DNA of 64,000 nucleotides from an uncultured Eubacteriales bacterium (GTDB taxonomy: Bacteria; Bacillota; Clostridia; Oscillospirales; CAG-272), in NCBI GenBank assembly GCA_934446365.1, contig CAKSDZ010000001.1, forward strand, positions 257,521 through 321,520. Reading direction: 5' to 3'. Position numbers and translations under genes: made by a program. Positions 17,007 to 27,002 of the stretch are shown here, piece by piece. Numbering within the stretch: position 1 is the stretch's first letter; each line of letters opens with the position of its first letter. The notes under the pieces were generated by a model. That model saw nothing but the letters and a program-made list of their open reading frames with translations, made no database searches and had not been told where the DNA came from.

Positions 17007-17838
17007 GACGGGTACCTCCTGTAAGCCGGCAGACATGCGCCGCCTCTTCTTCTTTGTAATATCCGTTCCGCTTGATGAGTTCATCCCAGTCCACGAGCTG
17101 TCCGTCGAATTCCGGACCGTCCACGCAGGCAAACCGTGTTTTGCCGTCCACGGTGACGCGGCATCCGCCGCACATACCGGTTCCGTCGATCATGATCGGA
17201 TTGAGAGAAACGACGGTTTTGATTCCATAGGGAGCTGTCACCGCACAGACAAATTTCATCATGGGAGCCGGACCGATTGCCACGACCTCGTCGTAATGGA
17301 TGCCGGAATCGATCAGCTCCTTCAATTTATTGGTCGTAAAGCCCTTTTCGCCATAGGAGCCGTCGTCCGTCGTGATATAAAGATTCGAGCAGGCGCGCAT
17401 TTCCTCCTCGAGGATGACGATGTCGCGGCTGCGGAAGCCGGCGATCATATCGACCTCGGCGCCTGCCTCATGCAGAGCTTTGGCGACCGGATAGGCGATG
17501 GCGCAGCCGACGCCGCCTCCTACTACGGCGACGCGGGAAAAGCCTTCGACCTCGGACGGCTTGCCAAGAGGACCTGCAAAATCGAGAATCGTATCGCCCT
17601 CGGAAAGCGCGGCAAGCTTCTTTGTGGAGGCGCCGGCCGGCTGGAACATGACGGTTACGGTGCCTTTTTTGCGGTCATAGTCCGCAATCGTGAGCGGTAT
17701 ACGCTCGCCAAACTCATCGATGCGGAAAATGATGAACTGGCCGGCAAGACATTTTTTCGCGACAAGAGGCGCTTCGACCACCATTTCGATTGTGGTTTTT
17801 GCTTCATTCAGATAGCGTTTTTTGAGAATCGGATACAT
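16999..17838 (-). CDS. nfnA: NfnA / ferredoxin-NADP+ reductase-like small subunit (SudB-like; FAD plus 2Fe-2S)
   Basis: 279 aa. FNR-like barrel (GQFIIFRIDEFGERIPLTIAD), NAD-binding VAVVGGGVGCA and a C-terminal Cys cluster (DGTGMCGGCRV...FACVDGPEF). Translationally coupled to nfnB. Confidence 0.8.
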   Translation of the reverse strand: MYPILKKRYLNEAKTTIEMVVEAPLVAKKCLAGQFIIFRIDEFGERIPLTIADYDRKKGTVTVMFQPAGASTKKLAALSEGDTILDFAGPLGKPSEVEGFSRVAVVGGGVGCAIAYPVAKALHEAGAEVDMIAGFRSRDIVILEEEMRACSNLYITTDDGSYGEKGFTTNKLKELIDSGIHYDEVVAIGPAPMMKFVCAVTAPYGIKTVVSLNPIMIDGTGMCGGCRVTVDGKTRFACVDGPEFDGQLVDWDELIKRNGYYKEEEAAHVCRLTGGTRHG

Positions 17839-17881
17839 GATTGCCTCCCGAATGTGAGGATTGTTTTTGCTTTTTCTATTT

Positions 17882-17910
17882 ATTATAGCACCCGTTTTTG
17901 CGATTGTAAA
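17882..17910 (-). promoter_or_regulatory. Sigma-A-type promoter of nfnAB
   Basis: Minus strand TTTACA, 17-nt spacer, TATAAT. Confidence 0.55.
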
Positions 17911-17948
17911 GGGTATATGCGAAGAATTTGCGGAAAATCATTTTTAAC

Positions 17949-17977
17949 TTTACAAGATAGAGAATTTACGATATAAT
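17949..17977 (+). promoter_or_regulatory. Sigma-A-type promoter of the 18034 gene
   Basis: TTTACA (17949-17954), 17-nt spacer, TATAAT (17972-17977). Confidence 0.55.
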
Positions 17978-18033
17978 ATAATTGTAGAAAGCAAATGGAT
18001 AACGATGCCGAATCAAGTATAAGGAGATCGGTT

Positions 18034-18609
18034 ATGTGGTGGCTGTTTTTATTGGTTCCCTTGGCGGTTGTCATTTTGTTTCCATATATAAGAATGGGAC
18101 TTTTCCGACTTTCTTTTTCATTCCGTCTTCGCCGGCTTTGTAGAAAACAGAATTATCGCCTAATTCCGACCCATTTCTTTTGGATGTTCGGAAAAACAGG
18201 CGATCGCCGATGTGATTTTTACATAGAAATGCAGGACAAGATTTTATCTGTCAAGCTGTGTGGTTGTCTGTTCCGGCGAAGCAATTTTCATTATATCGAC
18301 CGTACGCATTATGCCATACAGTCACTTCGGTTTTCTTTGGCTTGTCCCCGCTTTTCTATTCCATATCAAATGCAAAGCAAACCGGAATATGATTTCGGAT
18401 ATGGCTTTCCGAAAGATGGGGCAAAAAATATCTGTCCGATTCTTTTGATGCTGCCTGTTTTTTCGACTGTGACAAAGGAAGCTGACGGAGAAAAGCTCCC
18501 GGTCGGAAACGGAGACGATATAGGCGAGGCGATCTTCTATACAAAAAACGGATTCTGGAACTTTCTTGACAGAAGAACGGAAACCGGCGCGATTGAAAAA
18601 ATCGCATGA
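18034..18609 (+). CDS. Hypothetical protein with one N-terminal TM helix
   Basis: AAGGAGA RBS favours the ATG at 18034 (MWWLFLLVPLAVVILF...). No recognisable domain. The stretch is visibly AT-richer than its neighbours. Confidence 0.55.
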   Translation: MWWLFLLVPLAVVILFPYIRMGLFRLSFSFRLRRLCRKQNYRLIPTHFFWMFGKTGDRRCDFYIEMQDKILSVKLCGCLFRRSNFHYIDRTHYAIQSLRFSLACPRFSIPYQMQSKPEYDFGYGFPKDGAKNICPILLMLPVFSTVTKEADGEKLPVGNGDDIGEAIFYTKNGFWNFLDRRTETGAIEKIA

Positions 18610-18612
18610 AAT

Positions 18613-18647
18613 AAAACCACAGTCATAAGGCTGTGGTTTTCACTTTT
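18613..18647 (+). terminator. Intrinsic terminator
   Basis: AAACCACAG...CTGTGGTTT hairpin followed by a T-rich tail. Confidence 0.75.
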
Positions 18648-18700
18648 CTCGCGTGATTTCCGGTTGTGATGCAGCGATGCCGAGCAAGAATCTTCTGTGG

Positions 18701-19183
18701 TTATTGGAGTGCAAATCTCATGACGCAAGGATTTTTTCCGCCGCTGTCCAGTGGGGAGGAGAGGATTTCAAGTGTTTTTAATTTTACGCCGAGCATGATT
18801 TCATAATGATGCTTAAAATGTCCTGCGCAGCAGAAGCAATAATTTTTGGATACGCTGTAATCATATTTGAGCCCGTTGAAATTGGAGCATGCGCATAAAA
18901 ATTTCTCTCCGTTTGAGTAGCTGACAGCTCTTACGGTTATCGTCCCATCTTCATTTTTAACGGGACATCCCGTGTAAGGAACACCTTTGATTCGTTCAAG
19001 CTTTTCATCGATCGAAAGATTCATGTTTTCTTTTGAGAAGGCCTTTAAAACTTTTTCCCTTGACCCTCCTTTGCAGCAGGCATTCCATTCAAGGATATCT
19101 TGGAGCTTTTGTATCTTGGCTACGGTATCGCTGTCGACATTGAATTTTTCAAGGGATTCTCTGAATTTTTCCGGACACGGCAT
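18701..19183 (-). CDS. Cys/His-rich hypothetical protein (possibly DUF6144-like)
   Basis: Internal ATG at 19183 (MPCPEKF...). 160 aa with NACCKGG, YTGCP, LCACSNF and YCFCCAGHFKHHYE motifs that suggest metal or cluster binding. The family name is recalled with low certainty. Confidence 0.5.
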   Translation of the reverse strand: MPCPEKFRESLEKFNVDSDTVAKIQKLQDILEWNACCKGGSREKVLKAFSKENMNLSIDEKLERIKGVPYTGCPVKNEDGTITVRAVSYSNGEKFLCACSNFNGLKYDYSVSKNYCFCCAGHFKHHYEIMLGVKLKTLEILSSPLDSGGKNPCVMRFALQ

Positions 19184-19295
19184 TTTTATCTCTCTTAATC
19201 TGCTTTTTCCTCCTGCTGTCCTCGGGAATACCAATTATTATAGCATGATACAAGCGGATTTACAATGAAAATATAATTGTTGGTAAGGGATATAT

Positions 19296-19335
19296 GAAAA
19301 AATACCCGCAGAAAATCTCTGCGGGTATTTTTGTA
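19296..19335 (-). terminator. Intrinsic terminator of ppdK (bidirectional hairpin)
   Basis: ATACCCGCAG-AAAATCT-CTGCGGGTAT with A/T runs on both sides, 12 nt after the ppdK stop. Confidence 0.85.
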
Positions 19336-19346
19336 TATTCGGAAAA

Positions 19347-21977
19347 TCAGTTGCCGTCCTTGATAGCTGCCTGAGCCGCCGCCAGTCTTGCGATCGGCAC
19401 ACGGAACGGAGAGCAGGATACATAGGTGAGTCCGATCTTGTGGCAGAATTCCACGGTGGACGGATCGCCGCCGTGCTCGCCGCAGATGCCGAGCTTGATG
19501 TCGGGACGTGTGGAACGTCCGAGTTCGCAGGCCATTTTTACGAGCTTGCCGACGCCGGTCTGGTCGATCTTGGCGAACGGATCGTTCTCGTAAATCTTCT
19601 TTTCATAGTATGCGCCGAGGAACTTGCCCGCGTCGTCACGGCTGAAGCCGAACGTCATCTGCGTCAGGTCATTGGTGCCGAACGAGAAGAACTCCGCATC
19701 CTTTGCGATTTCATCCGCGGTAAGCGCCGCACGCGGGATCTCGATCATGGTACCGACCTTGTAGTGCATATCGGAGCCGGCTGCGCTGATTTCCGCGTCC
19801 GCGGTTTCGCAGACGATGGTCTTAACGTAATGAAGTTCTTTGACCTCGCCGACAAGAGGAATCATGATTTCCGGAACGATATTCCAGTCCGGATGTGCCT
19901 TTTTGACATTGATTGCGGCACGGATGACTGCTCTTGTCTGCATTTTTGCGATTTCCGGATAGGTCACGGCGAGACGGCAGCCGCGATGTCCCATCATCGG
20001 GTTGAATTCGTGCAGGGAGACGATGATTGCCTTGATGTCGGCAACGGTTTTGCCTTGTGTCTGAGCGAGAAGCTCGATATCCTTTTCCTCGGTCGGAACG
20101 AACTCGTGGAGCGGGGGATCGAGGAAGCGGATCGTGACGGGACGGCCTTCCATCGCCTCATAGAGCTTCTCGAAGTCGCCCTGCTGCATCGGAAGCAGCT
20201 TATCGAGCGCGGCTTCTCTCTGTTCTACGGTGTCAGAGCAGATCATCTCGCGGATTGCGGCGATTCTGTCGCCGTCGAAGAACATGTGCTCGGTACGGCA
20301 GAGACCGATGCCCTCGGCGCCGAGTTCAAACGCTTTCTTCGCATCGCGCGGCGTGTCGGCGTTGGTTCTTACTTGGAGCTTGCGGTATTTATCCGCCCAA
20401 GCCATGATTCTGCCGAACTCGCCGACGATGGTGGCATCGACGGTCGGAATCTGTCCGTCGTAGATATTGCCGGTGGAGCCATCGATGGAGATATAATCGC
20501 CTTCATGGTAGGTCTTGCCGGCGAGAACGAATTTTTTGTTTTCCTCGTCCATGTTGATTTCGGAGCAGCCGGAAACGCAGCAGGTTCCCATACCGCGGGC
20601 AACGACGGCCGCGTGGGAGGTCATGCCGCCGCGGACGGTGAGAATACCCTGAGAAGCCTTCATGCCCTCGATATCCTCGGGAGAGGTTTCAAGACGGACA
20701 AGAACGACTTTTTTGCCGGCGGCCTTCCAAGCTTTGGCGTCCTCTGCGGTGAATACGATCTGACCGCAGGCGGCGCCGGGAGAAGCGGCAAGCGCCTTGG
20801 CGACGGGTTTTGCTTCTTTCAGCGCTTTTGGATCGAACTGCGGATGGAGCAGGGTGTCGAGGTTGCGCGGGTCGATCATGAGAACGGCCTGCTTCTCGGT
20901 GATCATGCCTTCGTCAACGAGGTCGCACGCGATTTTGAGAGCGGCCTTTGCGGTTCTCTTACCGTTGCGCGTTTGGAGCATGTAGAGATGCTTGTCCTCG
21001 ATGGTGAACTCCATGTCCTGCATGTCGTGATAGTGATTTTCAAGCGTCTGACAGATGGTCTTGAACTGCTCGAATACTTCGGGCATGATCTCGGCCATTT
21101 TGGCAATCGGCATCGGTGTGCGGACGCCGGCCACGACGTCCTCGCCCTGCGCGTTCATGAGGAACTCGCCCATGAGCTTCTTTTCGCCGGTTGCAGGGTC
21201 ACGTGTGAATGCAACACCGGTTCCGGAGGTGTCGCCGAGGTTTCCGAACGCCATCATCTGTACGTTGACGGCGGTGCCCCAAGAGTAGGGGATATCGTTG
21301 TCGCGGCGGTATACGTTCGCGCGCGGGTTGTCCCAAGAACGGAATACGGCTTTGATCGCCCCCATGAGCTGTTCTTTCGGATCACTCGGGAAATCGACGC
21401 CGATTTTCGCTTTATATTCCGCTTTGAACTGATTGGCAAGCTCTTTGAGGTCGTCGGCGGTCAGCTCCACATCCTGCTTTACGCCCTTTTCCTCTTTCAT
21501 TTTGTCGATGAGCTGCTCGAAATATTTTTTGCCGACCTCCATAACGACGTCGGAATACATCTGAATAAATCTTCTGTAACAGTCGTAAGCCCAGCGGGGA
21601 TTGCCGGACTTTCTCGCCATAACCTCCACGACCTCTTCGTTCAGACCGAGATTTAAGATGGTGTCCATCATGCCGGGCATGGAAGCTCTTGCGCCGGAGC
21701 GGACGGATACAAGCAGAGGATTTTCATGATCGCCGAATTTTTTGCCGGTGATCTGTTCCATTTTCTCGATGTATTCCATGATCTGAGCCATGATCTCATC
21801 GTTGATTTTCTGACCGTCCTCATAGTACTGGGTGCAGGCTTCCGTCGTGATGGTGAAGCCCTGCGGAACCGGAAGACCGAGATTTGTCATTTCAGCAAGG
21901 TTTGCGCCTTTACCGCCGAGAAGCTCGCGCATGTTCGCGTTGCCTTCGGTAAAAAGGTAGACGTATTTTTTTGCCAT
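19347..21977 (-). CDS. ppdK: Pyruvate, phosphate dikinase
   Basis: ATG at 21977 preceded by GGAGGT. 876 aa. MAKKYVYLFTEGNANMRELLGGKGANLAEM N-terminus, phosphohistidine region GGMTSHAAVVARGMG and a PEP-utilising C-terminal TIM barrel. The upstream 116 codons of the ORF track are non-coding. Confidence 0.96.
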   Translation of the reverse strand: MAKKYVYLFTEGNANMRELLGGKGANLAEMTNLGLPVPQGFTITTEACTQYYEDGQKINDEIMAQIMEYIEKMEQITGKKFGDHENPLLVSVRSGARASMPGMMDTILNLGLNEEVVEVMARKSGNPRWAYDCYRRFIQMYSDVVMEVGKKYFEQLIDKMKEEKGVKQDVELTADDLKELANQFKAEYKAKIGVDFPSDPKEQLMGAIKAVFRSWDNPRANVYRRDNDIPYSWGTAVNVQMMAFGNLGDTSGTGVAFTRDPATGEKKLMGEFLMNAQGEDVVAGVRTPMPIAKMAEIMPEVFEQFKTICQTLENHYHDMQDMEFTIEDKHLYMLQTRNGKRTAKAALKIACDLVDEGMITEKQAVLMIDPRNLDTLLHPQFDPKALKEAKPVAKALAASPGAACGQIVFTAEDAKAWKAAGKKVVLVRLETSPEDIEGMKASQGILTVRGGMTSHAAVVARGMGTCCVSGCSEINMDEENKKFVLAGKTYHEGDYISIDGSTGNIYDGQIPTVDATIVGEFGRIMAWADKYRKLQVRTNADTPRDAKKAFELGAEGIGLCRTEHMFFDGDRIAAIREMICSDTVEQREAALDKLLPMQQGDFEKLYEAMEGRPVTIRFLDPPLHEFVPTEEKDIELLAQTQGKTVADIKAIIVSLHEFNPMMGHRGCRLAVTYPEIAKMQTRAVIRAAINVKKAHPDWNIVPEIMIPLVGEVKELHYVKTIVCETADAEISAAGSDMHYKVGTMIEIPRAALTADEIAKDAEFFSFGTNDLTQMTFGFSRDDAGKFLGAYYEKKIYENDPFAKIDQTGVGKLVKMACELGRSTRPDIKLGICGEHGGDPSTVEFCHKIGLTYVSCSPFRVPIARLAAAQAAIKDGN

Positions 21978-22145
21978 TGTTGTTTTACCTCCGAGATTTT
22001 TTGGTTTTTGTGGATAAAATTTGAAACAAAACCTTTCCGATACGATATTATAACACAAACTTTCGGCAATATCTACACTTTTTATAAAAATTTTATAAAA
22101 AATACAAAAAAATACACAAATCGGAAGCGACGATAAAAATAATTC

Positions 22146-22174
22146 TTGCAAATGCGGGTTTTTAAGTGTAAAAT
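22146..22174 (+). promoter_or_regulatory. Sigma-A-type promoter of pth
   Basis: TTGCAA (22146-22151), 17-nt spacer, TAAAAT (22169-22174). Confidence 0.5.
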
Positions 22175-22208
22175 TATAATATTTAACGGATAAACGGAGA
22201 TTAGATGA

Positions 22209-22832
22209 ATGTCGATCCAAGATTTGTTCAAAAAAATAGAGACTACAAGGACGCCGACGGGCAAACCGGAATATATCGTGGCAGGGCTTGGCAATCCCGG
22301 GAGGGAATATGCGGAAACGAGGCATAATGCCGGCTTTATGGCTCTTGATTTTATTGCCGAAAAGCTCGGCGTAAAGGCCGACCGGGCGAAGTTCGACGCG
22401 CTTTGCGTCACTGCCGGAATCGGCGGGAAAAGCGTGCTTCTCATGAAGCCGCAGACTTATATGAATTCCTCCGGAATTGCGGTTTCCGCTGCGGCGGATT
22501 ATTATAAAATCCCGCCGGAGAATATTGTTGTGCTATGCGACGACATCACGCAGGCGCCCGGAAAGCTGCGTATCCGCCGCAGCGGAAGTGCCGGCGGGCA
22601 TAACGGCCTCAAAAGCATCATCGGAATGCTGGATACTGAAAATTTTCCGCGCATCCGGCTCGGTATCGGGGAAAAGCCGTCGCCGGAATATGATCTTGCG
22701 GCATGGGTGACGGGAAAATTTTCCGAAGCCGACAAAAAAGCCTTGATCTCGCGCTTCGACGGGGTGTATCATGCGGTAGAGCTGATTTTAGCCGGAGACT
22801 TTGAAAAGGCGATGTGCCTTTATAATGGATAA
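22209..22832 (+). CDS. pth: Peptidyl-tRNA hydrolase
   Basis: VAGLGNPGREYAETRHNAGF...MKPQTYMNSSG...GSAGGHNGLKSI motifs. It carries an N-terminal extension of about 20 aa relative to typical Pth. Confidence 0.93.
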   Translation: MSIQDLFKKIETTRTPTGKPEYIVAGLGNPGREYAETRHNAGFMALDFIAEKLGVKADRAKFDALCVTAGIGGKSVLLMKPQTYMNSSGIAVSAAADYYKIPPENIVVLCDDITQAPGKLRIRRSGSAGGHNGLKSIIGMLDTENFPRIRLGIGEKPSPEYDLAAWVTGKFSEADKKALISRFDGVYHAVELILAGDFEKAMCLYNG

Positions 22833-22838
22833 AAAGAG

Positions 22839-23375
22839 ATGAGCCGCAAAATGGTGCTCGGCCTGCTTTCCGACGGCGATGCCATGAACGTCAAAGCAGC
22901 CTTTGACGATAGGTTTATTCTTTCGCTTGAAGAGTTTGCCGCTTCACACCGCGGGTGGCTTGCCGAAAACGGCGTGGCTTTGCAAACATGGTATGCATGC
23001 GCGTATCGATGGGACAAGATGGGAGCGGGTGTCCGTCCGCTTTCTTACGACGCTGCGTTGGCGGCTTTGAAATCACGGGAGAGAACTGTTTTTATCATGT
23101 CCGAGGACCATGGGGATATATCTTGCAGTATGTGCGCGCTTGAAGGGTATGAAAAAAATCAAAAGGGTTTTGTTGCGCAGGTTTCTGCTCTTGCGCTCGC
23201 GGAAAGAATCGAATATGAATGGAATGAGGAATATATAAAAGAAGCCTTTTTAGGCAAAGAGAAGCTTTTGCCTGATGATTTGTATGTTTTCGATATCTGG
23301 TTTACATGGCTTCTTGTTTTTACACATGAAACCGACAAGACGGGCGCGCGGTACTGCATGTCATTCGGAATTTAA
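22839..23375 (+). CDS. Hypothetical protein (DUF4275-like?) inserted between pth and mfd
   Basis: 178 aa. The C-terminal DLYVFDIWFTWLLVFTHETDKTGARYCMSFGI resembles the DUF4275 ending pattern as I recall it. No other signature. Confidence 0.45.
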   Translation: MSRKMVLGLLSDGDAMNVKAAFDDRFILSLEEFAASHRGWLAENGVALQTWYACAYRWDKMGAGVRPLSYDAALAALKSRERTVFIMSEDHGDISCSMCALEGYEKNQKGFVAQVSALALAERIEYEWNEEYIKEAFLGKEKLLPDDLYVFDIWFTWLLVFTHETDKTGARYCMSFGI

Positions 23376-23396
23376 AGGAGGCGTTGGGCCAAACAT

Positions 23397-26300
23397 ATGA
23401 ATATCCTGCTTGACCGTATCCGGGAAAACCGGGAATACGGTGAAATTCGGAAAGCCTTGAAGTCGCGCGGGGACGCGGCAAGACGATATCCGTCGCTTGT
23501 GACGGGACTTTGCGAGGGGGCGCTTGACGCTTTCCTCGCCGCTTGTGTTTGTGACGAAGAAAAGGGCATTCCGGCGCTTGTCTGTGCGCCGGACGAAAAA
23601 AGCGCCGCGCGCCTTTTCGGAACGCTTTCGGCGTTCGGACTGCGCGCCGCCGTCTACCCGGAGCGGGATCCGGTGCTTTATAATATCGTTTCCTCCCATG
23701 AGCTGGAGCATGAGCGTATTGCGGTTCTGACGGATCTGATTGAGGAAAGGCTGGATGTGGTGGTGACGACGCCCGGCGCTGCGCTTTCCTTTACGATTCC
23801 GGAGGAAATCCTGCGCGGTGCGACGAAAACGCTTGCCGTCGGGGACTCTATCGGCATGGAGGCGCTTGCCGCTTTTCTTGCCGAATCCGGCTATGTGCGC
23901 TCCGAGCTTGTCGACGGCAAGGGACAATTCAGCGTGCGCGGCGGTATCATCGATATCTTTCCGCCGCAGCTTGGAAATCCCGTGCGCATGGAGCTTTTCG
24001 GCGACGAAATCGATCAAATCGGCTATTTTGATGTCATGACGCAGCGCAAGACGGAGAATCTGTCGGAGGTCATGATTACCTGCGCGCGCGAAATTTTGAT
24101 TTCCGAGGAAAAACGGAAGGGACTATCTGAAAAAATCCGCTCAGCGGCGGAAAGAGCGTCTTCGCCGGAAATCAGGACCTCGCTCATGCATGAATATGAA
24201 GCGCTGACCTCCGGCATGGAAATTTCATTTTCCGACAAGTATATTTCTTATATTTATCCGGAGAAAATTACGCTTCTCGATTATTTCAGACCGAATACCC
24301 TGACCTTTGCTGTCGAGAGTCCCGCGATTCTCGACAGACTCCGTGCGGATGAAGCCCACATGCTGGAAACGACGGGCGAGCTTCTGAAATCGGGACTTCT
24401 TCTCCCGAAATACAGTGAATTTTCGGCCGAAAATTCGGTTTTGCTCGCTTTTTTCGAAAGCCGTGCGGCGCTGCTGCTCAACAACTTTGTCTCTCAGTAT
24501 CCGGGAAAGCTTTCCGGCATGTATTCGTTTGCCGTGCGGCCGACCCCATCGGTTTCCGGCGATTTTTCGCTGCTTTCGGAGGATATCGCCGCGTATTTGA
24601 GAAGCAAATATGCGGTGCTTCTGCTTTGCGAAAACGAGGCGGAGGCTTCGTCGATGAGGAATCTGCTAACGGAAAACGGGATTGCGGCTCTCTATTCCGC
24701 AACGCCCGATACGACGGCTCCTGCGCAGACGGTGACGGTCACAAGCTTTCCTCTCCACGGTTTTGAGATGCCGGCGGAAAAGTTCGTCTGCATTTCGCTT
24801 ACGGCGGGCGGCACCAAAACGGAGAAGGCGCTGCGCCGGCATGCGGCAAAAAACGCGAAATCGTCGTCCAAGACGAGGGAAAAAATTCTTTCCTATGCCG
24901 ATCTTTCGGTCGGGGATTATGTCGTCCATGAGGTGCATGGCATCGGCATCTACAAAGGCCTTGAAAGCATCCGTAGTTATGACGGTGTTCGACGGGATCA
25001 TATCAAAATCCAGTATTCCGGAACGGATGTCCTATATGTCCCGTGCGAGCAGATCGATTCCGTTTCCAAATATATCGGTGCCGCGGCGGAAAACGGCGGG
25101 CTCAAGCTGTCAAGGCTCGGCGGCGCCGAGTGGACCAAGACGAAAGCCCGCGTGAAAAGCGAAGTCAAAAGCATGGCCAAGGAGCTCATCGCGCTTTATG
25201 CGGAGCGCCTGCGCCGTCCGGGATTCGCTTTTTCGCCGGACGACGAGGTGCAGCGCGAATTTGAATCCGTGTTTGAATACGAGGAGACAGACGCGCAGCT
25301 CATCGCTGCCGCCGATATCAAGCGGGACATGGAAAAGCCGGTTCCGATGGACCGTCTGCTTTGCGGGGACGTCGGCTTCGGCAAAACCGAGGTCGCGCTG
25401 CGCGCGGCCTTCAAGGCGGTGCTAAGCTCCAAGCAAGTGGCGATTCTGGTGCCGACGACGATTCTTGCGATGCAGCATTATACGACGATTGCGGCGCGTA
25501 TGCGCGGCTTTCCGGTGAAGGTTTCCTACGTGTCCCGCTTCAAATCGACAGGGGAGCAGGACGCGACGCTGCGCGCGCTGCGCCGCGGAGACATCGACAT
25601 CATCGTCGGAACACATAGACTTCTTTCGTCGGATGTGGAATTTCATGACCTCGGGCTTGTCATCATCGACGAGGAGCAGCGCTTCGGCGTCGCACACAAG
25701 GAGAAGCTCAAACAAATCTCGAAAAATGTGGATGTCCTGACGCTGACGGCGACGCCGATTCCGCGAACGCTGAATATGGCGATGACTTCCATTCGGGACA
25801 TGTCCGTGCTCGACGAGGCGCCGGGAGACCGGCTTCCCGTGCAGACCTATGTGTTGGAGCACGACGACGTCGTGATTTTTGAAGCAATCAGGCGTGAGCT
25901 TCGCCGCGGCGGTCAGGTGTTCTATCTATATAATCGTGTGGAGACCATCCGCGAGAAAACGGCGAGAATCGCGCGTCAGTTTCCGGAGGCATCCGTCCGG
26001 TTTGCGCACGGACAGATGGAAAAGGGGGAGCTTGCCGATATTTGGCAGGCGCTTGTCGACGGGGAAATCGATATTCTCGTCTGTACGACGATCATCGAGA
26101 CGGGAGTGGATGTTCCGAATGCCAACACCCTCATCATCGAGAACGCTGACCGGATGGGACTTGCACAGCTTCATCAGATCCGCGGGCGCGTCGGACGCTC
26201 CGCCCGCCGTGCGTATGCGTATTTCACCTATCCGCAGGGAAGAGTTCTGACCGAGGTGTCCGCCAAGAGGCTTCAAGCGATCCGCGATTTTACGGAGTTC

Positions 26301-26912
26301 GGCTCGGGCTTCAAGATCGCACTTCGCGACCTTGAAATCCGCGGCGCCGGGGATGTGCTCGGGTCGCGTCAGCACGGACACATGGAAAGCGTCGGATACG
26401 ATATGTATCTGAAAATCCTGAACGACGCGGTTCTGGAAGAAAAGGGCATCGCGCCGAAGGAAAAAATCGAATGCGTCATCAATATCGGCAGAGATTCTTA
26501 TATTCCGGAGACCTATATTCCGTCCGCGGCGCAGAGAATCGATATCTATAAAAAAATTGCCGCAATCGAGAACGCGCAGGATGTGGACGATATCGCAGAC
26601 GAGCTGCTCGACCGTTACGGGGATCTGCCGTCATCAGTGGAAACACTTTTGTCGATCTCCCTTGTCCGCGCGATGGCCTGTGAATGCGGATTTATCCAAA
26701 TCGATCAGGAGCAGAATGGCGTCGTCATCTACCCAAAGGAGCTTGATGTTCTCGCATGGTCGGAAATGGGCGGTATCTATCCCGGCAGAATCATCATGAA
26801 GCCGACGGAAAAGCCGCATGTGCTGTGCAAAGGACGGCGCGGCGAGCCTGTTTTTGCGTTTCTTGACGGTTTGTTAAAAAATTATATACAAATAAAATCA
26901 AAAAAAGTATAG
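23397..26912 (+). CDS. mfd: Transcription-repair coupling factor
   Basis: 1171 aa. UvrB-homology N-terminus, CarD/RID region (VGDYVVHEVHGIGIY), superfamily-2 translocase motifs (GDVGFGKTEVALRAAF, DEEQRFGV) and a TRCF C-terminal domain. Confidence 0.96.
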   Translation: MNILLDRIRENREYGEIRKALKSRGDAARRYPSLVTGLCEGALDAFLAACVCDEEKGIPALVCAPDEKSAARLFGTLSAFGLRAAVYPERDPVLYNIVSSHELEHERIAVLTDLIEERLDVVVTTPGAALSFTIPEEILRGATKTLAVGDSIGMEALAAFLAESGYVRSELVDGKGQFSVRGGIIDIFPPQLGNPVRMELFGDEIDQIGYFDVMTQRKTENLSEVMITCAREILISEEKRKGLSEKIRSAAERASSPEIRTSLMHEYEALTSGMEISFSDKYISYIYPEKITLLDYFRPNTLTFAVESPAILDRLRADEAHMLETTGELLKSGLLLPKYSEFSAENSVLLAFFESRAALLLNNFVSQYPGKLSGMYSFAVRPTPSVSGDFSLLSEDIAAYLRSKYAVLLLCENEAEASSMRNLLTENGIAALYSATPDTTAPAQTVTVTSFPLHGFEMPAEKFVCISLTAGGTKTEKALRRHAAKNAKSSSKTREKILSYADLSVGDYVVHEVHGIGIYKGLESIRSYDGVRRDHIKIQYSGTDVLYVPCEQIDSVSKYIGAAAENGGLKLSRLGGAEWTKTKARVKSEVKSMAKELIALYAERLRRPGFAFSPDDEVQREFESVFEYEETDAQLIAAADIKRDMEKPVPMDRLLCGDVGFGKTEVALRAAFKAVLSSKQVAILVPTTILAMQHYTTIAARMRGFPVKVSYVSRFKSTGEQDATLRALRRGDIDIIVGTHRLLSSDVEFHDLGLVIIDEEQRFGVAHKEKLKQISKNVDVLTLTATPIPRTLNMAMTSIRDMSVLDEAPGDRLPVQTYVLEHDDVVIFEAIRRELRRGGQVFYLYNRVETIREKTARIARQFPEASVRFAHGQMEKGELADIWQALVDGEIDILVCTTIIETGVDVPNANTLIIENADRMGLAQLHQIRGRVGRSARRAYAYFTYPQGRVLTEVSAKRLQAIRDFTEFGSGFKIALRDLEIRGAGDVLGSRQHGHMESVGYDMYLKILNDAVLEEKGIAPKEKIECVINIGRDSYIPETYIPSAAQRIDIYKKIAAIENAQDVDDIADELLDRYGDLPSSVETLLSISLVRAMACECGFIQIDQEQNGVVIYPKELDVLAWSEMGGIYPGRIIMKPTEKPHVLCKGRRGEPVFAFLDGLLKNYIQIKSKKV

Positions 26913-27002
26913 ATTTTTTCCGTATTGCATTGTATAATATAAAAAGTGAAAATCGGCTTCCGCCGGTTTTTGGCACAGATGAACATTTTAAGGAGAATGA
27001 AC

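Noticed and set aside
19440-21656. 738-aa ORF on the plus strand
   Set aside because: Antisense shadow of ppdK. No start context and a composition-driven open frame.
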